A stretch of DNA of 64,000 nt from Zygnema circumcarinatum SAG 698-1b (lineage: Eukaryota; Plantae; Zygnematophyceae): positions 1,612,001 to 1,676,000 of the forward strand of contig CM074806.1 of assembly GCA_037447605.1 (NCBI GenBank), written 5' to 3'. Position 1 is the first letter of the stretch; each line of letters begins with the position of its first letter. The position numbers and the translations under genes are program-made. Shown here in pieces: positions 48,401-59,708 of this stretch. Under the pieces are notes generated by a model, which ran no database searches, was not told the origin of the DNA, and saw nothing but the letters and a program-made list of their open reading frames with translations.

Positions 48401-49280
48401 CCTCGAAGGACGTTTCAACAAGTTGTACAGTCTTCCAACAACGAACATAAATGGCCTATCTCTCCGGCAGCTATGATGAATTCCTTTCGATTATCTGACT
48501 GAATGGTTTAAATGCAACTTTTTTCGCAATTGATCCGTTTCACCTTTCCAATAGGTAAGCTATTGCTCATATTTTAGAAGCACAAAGCTACTGTTAAGCC
48601 CTTCTAACGCGTCCTAGTTCCAAAGTAACAAATTTCCTTCAACTTGACAATGAGATCCTTCCGCTCGCTTATTGAGGACGCAAAGAGAGACCTTTGGATA
48701 ACTAAGGTAAGTAAAAACAAGATTTTGGAAACGAAAACAGTGAGAGGCGCGGTCAAAGTAATTTGACATGCATGAGTTCATAAGTGTCTTGAAAAGGCAC
48801 TCCACTTCACTCTTGTCTTGTCTGCTGCAGTTACGACATTGCATCCGATCCAACAGTTGGCAAAGCTTGCGGACTCCGCAGCTAATGATCTGGCTTGCAG
48901 GGGATTCTGCCAGCCGCTCTGCCAATCTGCATGGAGCACTTGCCCAAAAATGCAGCAATGCCGAGGAAACGCACCTGCGAATGCTCCACGAAATGCAGGC
49001 AGAGGATGAAGCGCTGCAGAAAGAGGCCGCAGCTGATGAGGAGGTAGGCAAATCCCAGAAGGTGCGTGGCGCGTGGCAGCAAGAAGAGCGCGACGGCAGC
49101 CGGCACAGGCAGCACGCAGATGTTGAAGATGAGGTACGCCATGGGCGCGTCCCGCGGGTCGCGCAGCTGCGCCTCCAGCCATGCCGCCACGGGCCGGGGC
49201 GGTCGGAAGAGGTACTCGTGCCGCGTGGCCGTGAGGTCGAGGTTCCGGAACTCCTTCCCCGCCACGGCCGCCCCCGCCAT
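45488..49280 (-). CDS. Membrane-bound fatty-acid-desaturase-superfamily (di-iron, His-box) protein, substrate unknown
   Basis: About 10 exons splice to MAGAAVAGKEFRNLD...FILCLHFVEH...YRLHHIVMHH-ENN...STEPYQRD...YWVRF...MMFGNWSQHIFVDP...NQKTFNDGYHIVHH...LLKRRLKPI...*. Three His boxes and several TM segments are present. Confidence 0.88.
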
Positions 49281-49410
49281 GGCTTCCCTCCCTGCCTTCC
49301 TCCCTCGGTAGGGATGGCCGCAACTTTTCGACGTCAAACCCCGGTTTCAAACCCGGCAGTTTCAACGAATAAATTCGAGCCCAATAATTTATTCCAATTT
49401 TAAATATACA

Positions 49411-49448
49411 GTACAGTACTGTATGTACGAAATACGGTACAAATGTAC
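49411..49448. promoter_or_regulatory. GTAC cluster (putative SBP-box/CuRE sites) upstream of the desaturase-like gene
   Basis: GTAC at 49411, 49416, 49425, 49437 and 49445, just upstream (minus sense) of a TATATTTAAA element and 130-170 bp from the ATG. Confidence 0.5.
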
Positions 49449-49558
49449 GGACCGAAGAAGTTGGGACAAGAGTTGAGTTGGAGTTTTCCATGATATACAA
49501 TGACGTCAATTTCTTGTCAATTGTGACGTGTCATTGCGTCACAATGGAGTTTTTAAAT

Positions 49559-50256
49559 GGGGGCGACTATTTACAGTGTACGGATTCTGAATGTAGTGTA
49601 CGATTTCGTCGGGCAGCAAAAAAATCCTTTTTTTGGTTGCCCGGCGCTGTTTCATACTTTTTAGAATAGATACAGACCTTTTTCGTCGGATGTACGGATA
49701 GTGATTTGAAATGTACGAAGCGCGCGCGTCTACAAGGTATAAGGGCGCAACACGTGGAGCAACATGATTGGTCGCGGCAACATATGACGTGACAAGTATG
49801 TTTGGGACCGTGACGTGACGAAACGAGTCGCGACAAAAGTGGAGTCCGCGGACGGCAGTCGGAAATGGCGGGAATAAAAACTGACAGATTTTCCTGAAAC
49901 ACGCTACCTTATGTGCCCTATCCTTTTCTGTCAGTTTTAATTCCCTCCATTTCCGACTGCCGTCCGCGGACTCCACTTTTTTCGCGTCTCGTTTCGTCAC
50001 GTCACGGTCCCAAACATACTTGCCACGTCATATGTTGCCGCGACCAATCATGTCGCTCCACGTGTTGCGCCCTTATACCTTGTCGACGCGCGCGCTTCGT
50101 ACATTTCAAATCACTATCCGTACATCCGATGAAAAAGGTCTGTATCTATTCTAAAAAGTATGAAACAGCGCCGGGCAACCAAAAAAAGGATTTTTTTGCT
50201 GCCCGGCGAAATCGTACACTACATTCAGAATCCGTACACTGTAAATAGTCGCCCCC
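49559..50256. mobile_element. Non-autonomous foldback DNA transposon (MULE/Merlin-like), copy A
   Basis: 330-bp inverted arms (49559-49888 and 49927-50256) surround a 38-bp spacer. Termini are GGGGGCGACTATTTACAGTG...CACTGTAAATAGTCGCCCCC, flanked by TTTTTAAAT on both sides. No transposase ORF. Confidence 0.88.
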
Positions 50257-50265
50257 TTTTTAAAT

Positions 50266-50967
50266 GGGGGTGACTATTTACAGTGTCCTTTTTCTGAATG
50301 TAGTGTACGTTTTCACCGGGCAGCAAAAAAAAGGTTTTTTTTGGCGAAAAATGCTGTTTCATACTTTTCAGAATAGATACAGACCTTTTTTCGTCGGATG
50401 TACAGATGGTGATTTGAAATGTACGAAGCGCGCGCGTCTTTTCAAGGTTTAAGGGCGCAACACGTGGAGCGACATGATTGGTCGCGGCAACATCTGACGT
50501 GACAAGTATGTTTGGGACCGTGACGTGTCGAAACGAGACGCGAAAAAAGTGGAGTCCGCGGAGGCAGTCGGAAATGGCGGGAATTAAAACTGACAGATTT
50601 TCCTGAAACACGCTACCTTATGTGCCCTATCCTTTTCTGTCAGTTTTAATTCCCTCCATTTCCGACTGCCGTCCGCGGACTCCCACTTTTTTCGCGTCTC
50701 ATTTCGTCACGTCACGGCCCCAAACATACTTGCCACGTTAGATGTTGCCGCGACCAATCATGTCGCTCCACGTGTTGCGCCCTTATACCTTGTCGACGCG
50801 CGCGCTTCGTACATTTCATATCACCATCCGTACATCCGACGAAAGAAGGTCTGTATCTATTCTGAAAAGTATGAAACAGCATTTTTCGCCAAAAAAATCC
50901 TTTTTTTTTCTGCCCGGCGAAAACGTACACTACGTTCAGAAAAAGGACACTGTAAATAGTCGCCCCC
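50266..50967. mobile_element. Non-autonomous foldback DNA transposon, copy B (same family, distinct variant)
   Basis: 332-bp inverted arms (50266-50597 and 50636-50967) surround the same 38-bp spacer as copy A. Flanks are TTTTTAAAT on the left and TTTTAAAT on the right. Confidence 0.88.
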
Positions 50968-52432
50968 TTTTAAATAACCGTCTTGGTCTCCGACTTCACA
51001 AAAAAAAAAAAAAAATGAGAAAAAAAAATGGAATTGGCATTGGACTCACATCCCGTTCCGTTTAAAGTTGAATTTAAAAAAAAAAAAAAAAAAAAATTGG
51101 AGTCCCGGTGAGCACACCGGTGTACCACTTCTTTGTTGCAAGTTTGAAACGTCCTCCTTCTGAAGTAAGGTACCGTACGGTACCTGCGGTCGCGAGCCTT
51201 GCTGAGAGTTCAATTCCGGCGGTGGCTGAGGGACGGAGAGGGAGAGGGAGAGGGAGTGGGAGAAGGAGCAACTGGAGGGAGGGAGGAAACAAAGGCACGC
51301 CAGGAGGGGGCTTCATAGCAGGCCTGTTGCAGTAGGTACTATGCTTGGCAGCATATATCGAGCAGGATTCTACGAGGATGTCAGAAATTCAGCTTATCGA
51401 ATATTGTAATTGGCTGGTTGTTACAGGAGCTTGGCATTTGATGAACTTCACTTAGGACGGCAAGTTTCGGTCAGGGTGGCGAATGGCTTAGTCGTGGTCG
51501 CAGCATCTGATAACCGAAGGTCATTCATATGTCGCATACCACAGCGTGTTTTCCACTGATTCCAGTTCATATAAAGTGCTTGCTTTATTCATTCACAGTT
51601 ATCCGCTCTAAAAACTCGACAAGCACCAAGTAGGAAAGGCCCGTACAGTGCGTTATGAAAGTTTTCATTATTATTGAAAAAAAAAATGAATATAAGAATC
51701 TATCTGAAGGTTCCTCTGTCAACTGCTGTGGTTGCACTTGCACCAATTTACTATAATCTTCATTTGAACGCTCTACAACGCTAGACAGGAATTGGAAGTA
51801 GATACTGACCATATTCCTCATGACGGAATGCAAAATTTTCAAAACATGTTCCTCCACCTCGTTTTTGTACTGGCGTCATTCAAATTCAGAATTCTGTATT
51901 GACCAGAAAATGACTCAGGCAAAATTGTTTATTCCATGTCCTTTGGTGCTCTTTTGCTTGGACAAAGACTAGCTCCAAGCCTATCCTTACACGGTCTTTG
52001 TACTATTCTCATTTTTTTATACCGACCACCTATTGGAAATGTCTCACCACTTCTCTTCTCCATTTTTTTCTTACTTGCTTTTCTTTCCTGTTCCTAATCT
52101 CTTTTCTAGTGTAAGGTTGAATTTTTTTATTTACTAGGGAGCTTTTGCTCAATCTTGCACATAGTTGGAAAGTCGTCATTGACCGAGCATTGTCCAATTT
52201 GTAGCAGAAGTCTTGGAGCACTAATGTTGCAGGTATGGTTTCAATGCTTGCACTACATGGCGGTGTTTTAGGCTCGGTCATGGTTCTGTTCGTGTGATGT
52301 GATTGGCCTGCTACAATACGTATTTCGAAGTTTTCCTTTTAGTACTCACTTGTGTACGATTTTCCTTCTCCTCTTGAGCTGCGTCCAGGTTGAGAAGGTT
52401 CAAGTTACCATTCAGCAGGCTGCAGGACCATC

Positions 52433-52973
52433 ATGTCTTCTCGGACCGGTGTCAAAAGCTGGTTGGAGGTGTTCAAGTTTGGCTGCTACGTGGCTATTCC
52501 CATCGCTATGATGTTCACATTCGCCAACAACTCTGAAAACCTGGAAAAAATTATTCGAAATGTAAGACTGTGTTGAGTAACGCCGAAGCAAACTTTTACT
52601 TAAGCATGCCAATGAATAATGTTGAAGATGAATGCAAAAAAAAATAGGGACAGAATACTTTGACTTCGACGATTCTTTGCTATGCATGAGACTTCAAGAT
52701 GCAGAGGGCAGCCAGCTTCTCTGGACGTGGTTCAACCGTTGTCCAATTGTTTTCCGGATTGTTTGTATGGACAGTCGTCGTAAGGACTGAGTCCATTTTA
52801 ACGGCATCTTGCTGCCTGCTGCTGCCTGCCAAGAGTTAGTAAGCTTGAGCGGGTATTTGTGGATTGGTGGTGGTTGACAGCGATCGTACGTAGTGTACCC
52901 TCCGGAAGGACCCCGACCACCAAATGCAGAAGAAATTCGTGAAATTTTGAAGAGGAGCAAATCGCAACAGTAA
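52433..52973 (+). CDS. PET100: PET100-family cytochrome c oxidase assembly factor (73 aa)
   Basis: Exons 52433-52561 and 52881-52973 give MSSRTGVKSWLEVFKFGCYVAIPIAMMFTFANNSENLEKIIRN/RSYVVYPPEGPRPP. A non-coding first exon probably lies near 51200-51335. Confidence 0.88.
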
Positions 52974-53971
52974 CTTTTGAATCATCAGAACACTGCCTTG
53001 CGCCTGACCCGTAAGTCATTTTGTTTTATTAGTGCAACCGTACAGCTAGGAGTTGCGAAATCTGTGACTGTATCTATACTGGTTGCTGTTCAACAACTTT
53101 TTCGATGTATATGCTCTTCAAGACATCAGTCAACTAGCAATCTGTGAAAAGCACTCGGAGCATCAACAGTGAGACAAGTGGATGCCACATTTTTGCTGAT
53201 TTGAGGAACCAACGTCGTTACTTGGAAAAAAGTTATTTCCTCTTCTCCCAAAGACGCATCGTCAGCCTTCCTAGTTTGTCGTATTTAAACTTTCGCACTG
53301 CTTTGCAGAGACCAAGTTCTCAAGTTTCGAGTTGTGAACCAGGGTATGGTACATCGTTAATCAGCCGTCACAGTCCAAAAGATGATGCAATACAAGGGCA
53401 GCTAGACCGCAGCATGTCGCACCTGCGGAGCCAGCAATGGGGGTTCCTGGCAAAAGAAAAGCAGGATTCGATTGTTGCTTTTTTTTCTATGATAATCTGA
53501 GGAGGACAGTGCCAGGACTTCCGTCACCTCAGGAACATTAGGAAGGGCAAAAGCAACACGTAGGGGTAAACGAAATGAAACGAGGCATGTCACAGCATTC
53601 TCAACAATTGCAATCCGTCAGTGCATCAAACCGTGTCTGATCTGATCTTGATCTCCATAAATTCAAATGATGGCACCAGGGGCTGCAATGCTGGAGACTT
53701 GCTTTTGCTCCATGCCACAGCATGTTCTCTTCTCCTAACCAAAGAAGTGTTGCGATATAGGAGCCTGGTCCGAATATGGATAACCTCTTCCTAATGGATT
53801 GCCAGAATTTGCATTTCAAAAACTGAATAGACATAGACGTAGCCCACAAGTTTATCATGTCGAACCATCCGAGACAGCGACGCTGTCGTTTTCCGTCCTC
53901 AGAAAACCTAATGCCATGGTTGATCCATATATTCGGCAAATTTACAGACACAGATAATCTCCTTTCGTTTC

Positions 53972-55624
53972 TCAACTTTCTTGCTGGGCTTGAGCTTGCT
54001 CCTTTCGGAAGGGATAATATTCTCTATCTGTTGGCGTCTTGGTCACTTGCCCGCTAGCATCAACTGCAGCAGAGATGGCTGCTAAAGCTGCACATGCTCC
54101 GACTGTGACTGGTAAATTGCCCGCTGCACAAGAAAACCTAACGAGGTTAGCAGAGAAAAGCTGTGACGTGCAGACTCTGGTTGTCCACAATTCACCCTAA
54201 CAGGTAAACTAATCTGTTAGTTTAGAAGTTATGGTAACCATGCCAGTATCTCTCCACCAGTGCAAAGGAATACTGCCTAAAAAGCAAGTTGGCAAGTACA
54301 AGATTCCGCAGAAAGAAACGTCCTATATTCCAGTGTAATATAACTTAATTTGTAGGGATCTCACATTCCCAAACTAAAAACTTCGGGCGACTGAAGAGAA
54401 AGAAACTCGCTACTTATCGCGAGAAATATAACTCATCGGAAGAAACTAACGACTTCCAAATCACATGTCCCCTTAAGGTCGTGAAACAAACTAGATATGA
54501 GGCTGCTGCAGAGCCTTCAAATGTTGTTGTAGCCTAAACAGTTGGGCAAATGACAGTTATGACGTCGTAATGCTGCAGGGTCAAAGGACTGTGCAGCACT
54601 GACCTGCCAGTTGTCGAGTATTACGGACTCTTTGCTACCTGACCTACATTAATTGTCATAATCCATTCTTAACAGCCTAAAAGACATAAACAAAGTTATA
54701 CAGAACACATCTATTTACACTCGGGAAAATATAGCAGCTTTTCAGTAAGCTTACTAACTGATTCAAAAACACGAGCATGGGGCTTAGACGTCCGCAAAGG
54801 ATACGATTTCCACTGACTTAAGGAATGTCGCGAACCATACGATTGTTTCCTATAAAGCTGAGAGGCATTCTAAATCTTTCGAACACTTCAAAAATGTGGA
54901 GTTGTGAACATTGATCAGATCAAATCATGTTGGAACTAATGAGGTCTATCATTTGCTTGATAGGTATGTATTCTGAAAGGGCTTAGGCTTTCTATAAAAC
55001 TCGGCTACCAGACATGCAAATCATGACGTTCTCGTTCTCGTGAAAATGGAGCAGGAGAAACTACAATTATTGCCCCAAGAGACCATGCAAGTGCGCATAT
55101 CCTTCCTGCATTATGCACCAAATAGGTGCATACAGGTAGGCGTCACCACGCTTAACCGCTTCCCCGCGCTTCAGTGCCACTCAGCCATTCCAAACGAATG
55201 GCCAGCCTACAGGGTGTTACTTCCATTCCATCGTAGCTGCGTCAAGGAAGGCCAGGCATGCACGACCTAGAGCAATATGAAGATAGACATGCTCACCTCG
55301 AAGCCCTACGACAGCGCCAGCTGCTATTCCCCCGAAGACACCGTTCCAGAGGTCCTTCTTTCCACGAATCTCCTGAGCAACCGCGTCAGTCAAAGCAAAA
55401 ACGCCTCCTACAGCTGCAAAGTATGCTCCATAAGACCCCATGATCTGAGCAGTTTTCCGCAAGGCAGGCCAAGCTTGGTTCCTCTCAACTGCCGGCACGT
55501 CATGCCATGTGGCAGCCACTGCTCCGCTGATAGTTCCAATTAGGTAGCTGGCCACTGTAGCAGTCCCCGCCTTGAACGCTATAGTGTCGTACTCTCCAAG
55601 CTTTCGGACATCCTCCCCATCCAT
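53972..55624 (-). CDS. NDUFA11: Complex I subunit B14.7/NDUFA11 (Tim17/22/23 family, OEP16-3-like)
   Basis: Exons 55297-55624 and 53972-54123 give ...ATWHDVPAVERNQAWPAL...FAAVGGVF...KKDLWNGVFGG...AAVDASGQ...REYYP. Confidence 0.88.
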
Positions 55625-55942
55625 GGCGCCCTCCTGCAGCCTCGGCTTCCTCCGTCCCCCTTGCACCCCTGAAGCGCTCGTGGACCTGTGCACTACGCCG
55701 CGCATTGGATCCGATCCACTCGCCGCAGTTCATCCCTCCCCGACCAGCTCGCAGGATCCACTAGTTCAACGTCTGGATCTACCGAAATTCCACAAGAAAA
55801 CCGCGATAACGCTTGCGAGTCCACTTCAAGCATGTGATAATCAACGGTTCAACCATTGATCTGGAACCGCCACGACAGTGGAATCGCAGTGTCTGCTTTC
55901 CCTCCTGCGTCCCCTCCGCGCTCTCCGTCCAGGGAGGCCGCC

Positions 55943-58900
55943 ATGGCTCCGCGGAGTCCCTGCATCCGCCCGCTTGTGCGGATGAGTCTGCGCTGCGTGG
56001 CGCGGCCTGCCGCCCCTGCATTGGAGCCTGCACGTGCTTTTGGAGGGACAGTCTGCTCCAAAACCGCGCCGTCGCCCGCAATTGGTGAAACTGTATTGGA
56101 CTTTTCTCTCTTGCAGGCTCTCGTGCCGCAGTTGACAGCCACAAGGGAGCCTGCTCGGAAGGATGTTTGCAGTGGAATGGGAAGCCTCGAATCACGGAGA
56201 GTAGCTAGGCAAACTCTGAAGCGAAGTCTTTGCCTGAGCTATTTGCATTTGCAAGGTACAGAGAAGCAGCCTTACCACTTGGGCTGCTGGAGTGAGAATC
56301 TTGCTGTCGGGATGGTTAGAATGGCGTTGCATTTTCCTAGTCGTTTGCAGCATCATGTTCGGTACAGTTACCGGCGGCAACATACGAATGCTGCAGAAAG
56401 TACGCCCGCAACGGATACAGTCGCAGCAGAGTTGATACTTGAAGGATTACAGCGTGAAGGTAGAAAGGCGTTGGGGGTAGAACGGGCAAACAATTCTCAA
56501 CGTCAAGCAGCGATATCACCAATTCGATTATGCCTTAGCGACTCAAATAAGAGCCCGGGGTCCAGAGGCGGAAAGTTCAGTGATCAGTTGGAAAGTAACA
56601 GTAGCGTTGATGGATCGGCGGCGACAGTAAGGCAGAGAAGAGCTGGCAAGCGACCAATCACAATGAGAAATGAGAGTTTGATAACCGGGCTTAGGAGGAC
56701 GATTTCGGTGACAATCCCACACGGAAATGCCCCTTCGGAACAGCAAGCCCTTGAGCCAGCTTTCTTACAATGTGGCAGCGTTTCTGCCACAGCCAAGTCT
56801 TCTGCAGAAGTGGTCCAGGCACTGGAGTCCACCATAAACGGCAATGCTCCCAATACATCACAGAAGAGGAAAAAGAAGTTGAAGAAGAAGGAGACGAAAA
56901 TGCCAGTGCTCCCGGCAGAGGAGAGGCCGCGTAGTCGAGTCAGACAGAGCGCTAAGGAAGGTTCTGTAGTACAAGAGATTGTTTTGTCCACGAAGGAGAA
57001 AAGAAGGAAGACGGAATGGACGTGCAAGAGTCTTACGTCGGCGGACAAGAAGGATAGAGCCAAGGGTCCAGTAATAAATCATATCCAACTTAGCTGGATC
57101 GGCAGTGTTTTGAATAACGTTAAAGAACTCCATTGCCAAGGAAATGATTCTCCTAGTGGAGTATCAAGATTCTTAAATTTACGGGAGGGGGATTTTGGGG
57201 GTCAAGTGAAGTCCAACGAAGTGTCAGAATTAGAAAATTCCCCGTCTCTATCTCATGCTAACAACATATCTGACATCGAGAATTTAGACGCGCAGTTGGA
57301 AAATAGACTGGTCCAATCGTTGGAAAAGCAGTTGCTCCCTTGGCATGGCAAACTGCAGTCAATTCATATAAGGTATCTTTTGAAGGGCAACACCGACGTT
57401 CATCTGACGCAGGCTCTCTTCCGTTGGGCAAAGTCGCAGGATGGGTTTAAACCAGACTCTTTCTTATACACGCACATGATACATATTGCTCGGAAAGCCA
57501 ATAATCTGGAAACTGTGGAGGAAATTTGGAAAGAGATGAGAAATACTGGATGCAAACCCACACAATGGACGTTAACAGCAATTGCCCGAACATACATGGC
57601 ATTCGATCAACTAGACAAGGCACTCACTATTGTTCGAGAAGCACTGGATGATGGCTTGCTCTTTGATAATTCGTTGATTGGGTAAGTGGATGGGCGTGCA
57701 TGGCATTCTAATAGGCGACGAGTGCCTTCTCTTGCTTGTAGTTAGGGGGATACTCGTTTTCTTGATTAGGATTGTATCAGAGGATCAGGTGAGGTTTGTC
57801 AGCTTTTTACGCCTGGTATATTGCCCTTGCAAAATGGAACATCAAGGCTTTGTTTGATGCAATTGAAACTTACACTTTCATTACCTTTGCACAATGTTAA
57901 TAGAAGGGTGGAAGTCTGCTAGCAAGTTGATTCAGCAGTGTTATAAATATGACTAGCATTTTGCTTTACGAAGAGTGACTCCTAAGAGCCCTGCGCCTCA
58001 AGACTTCGGTTACATTTTCCCCCTACCTTTGAAGCTGCAAAAAAGCCACGTATGGCAGATGAAGTTATTGGGTCAGATTCCTTGACGTGGCTTCTGCAGA
58101 AGATACTGGGAGTGCGTAGGAATGCTGTATGCATCTGCTTCCAATATTTTCCAAGCCCAGTAACACCTTGCTAGTTAGCACTGTGTACATGACTGTCCAG
58201 GCATTTCGTTTCCTTGTTTTTACTATGTAACTTCCTTTTTTAACCGTGCATGCTCGCGATTGCACCTCCCGTGCCAGCCGCTTGTCATGTGTCAATGTTT
58301 TCACTTCTGCATGAGAAGCCACTGGTGAGTGTAGGAAAGGTTGCCCAGCAGGTTGGTAAGCAAGATGTTTTAGTGTGCAACCTTCTTTCTGAGATTGATG
58401 ACTTCAATATGGTGGCTCAATGGCAGGGAATTGATGGAGCAACTTGGTCATGCCGATCGTGCTATGGATGGCCTATTACTGCTCAAGCAGTTCGAAGAGC
58501 ATGGTGGCAAACCTGAGTCACGGGTGTATAACACAAAGATTACCCTATATGGGATGCAGGGGGATTTTGGAGGGGCTAGGAGGGTCCTGAAGGAAATTAG
58601 GGAAACGGGTGAAAGGCCTGACAGATTTGCATACACACGGTTAATCTCCCAGTTCTGCAGACGTAATGAGATCAAGCATGCGAAGAAGGTATTACAGCAG
58701 ATGATTGCAGCGGGTGTGGAGCCAGATGTGCGCAGCTTCAACCCTCTGATGGCTGCTTACTCAAGGATGGGATTGGAAGATGAAGCACTTGCTGTCTTGA
58801 CGAGGATGGATGAACTGGGCATCGCACCTATAACTTCTTCATTTAATACACTGCTTGATATGCATGCACATGCAAGGAATTGGGAGAAAGCAGAAGAGGT

Positions 58901-59708
58901 TTTTTGTATGATGGAATCGCGGGGCCTGTGCCCGGATGCAGTGACCTACAATATCATGCTCCATGCCCACTTGAGTGGTTCCAAAGAAAAGGCCAAGGTG
59001 ATGCTCAAAAGGCTGAAAGCCTTAGGAGGTGGCTTGGACCTGCGTACATACATAATGGTCCTCCAAGGGTGCTTTGAAAGTGACGCCAAGGAAGATTTGG
59101 AGTCTTCGTTTGATATGCTTGAAGAGTTGAACCATCCAATGCACGAAATGTTGAGGACCATCTTCAAGAAGTTCCCAAATGGAGGAGAGGATTCTATGTG
59201 GTTGGAAGTTCAGCAATATATAGCACGTCTTCGGGGCGAGGCCTTGGATGTCCAACAAGGATTTGTAAATGGGGCGATGCAATGTCTCTGCAAGGCCGGA
59301 TTGGAGTTACGCGCCGCAACGTTTCTCAATATTTCCCGAAAGGAGGGAATTTTTCCTGAACCAAAATTACTTGGCTCAACACTTAGTGTTGACCTCCATG
59401 ACATGGGCCCAGTCATGGCCATGATTGCTACACGGCTTGAGCTTATGCGCCTTTATGATATGGCGATGGATGATGTGGCCCTTCCTGCTGAAGTGGGGCT
59501 CATTACGGGCCGGGGAAAGGGCAGCTCCCTCTCTGACGGCCCTGTGGTTCGGAAGGCGGTGACTGACCTCCTCCAACAGCTCGACTCACCATTCAAGTTG
59601 TCATTTCGCAACCAAGGGAGGATATTTGCGAGGGGCAGTTGGTTGCGTGGCTGGTTGCTTACGACGGGGAAGGGGGAGCAGATTGCATTGAAGGACAGGG
59701 AGAGCTAG
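55943..59708 (+). CDS. P-class PPR protein with C-terminal SMR domain (organelle RNA metabolism)
   Basis: Exons 55943-57681 and 58427-59708. Tandem 35-aa PPR motifs (YTHMIH, YNTKITLYG, YTRLISQF, FNPLMAAYS, FNTLLDMHA, YNIMLHAH) are followed by an SMR motif VDLHDM...LITGRGKGS...NQGRI. The start codon is chosen on Kozak context. Confidence 0.92.

Noticed and set aside
49539-51065. Duplicated 111-153-aa ORFs in the foldback array
   Set aside because: They mirror the inverted-repeat symmetry, and I see no DDE, HUH or other transposase motif.
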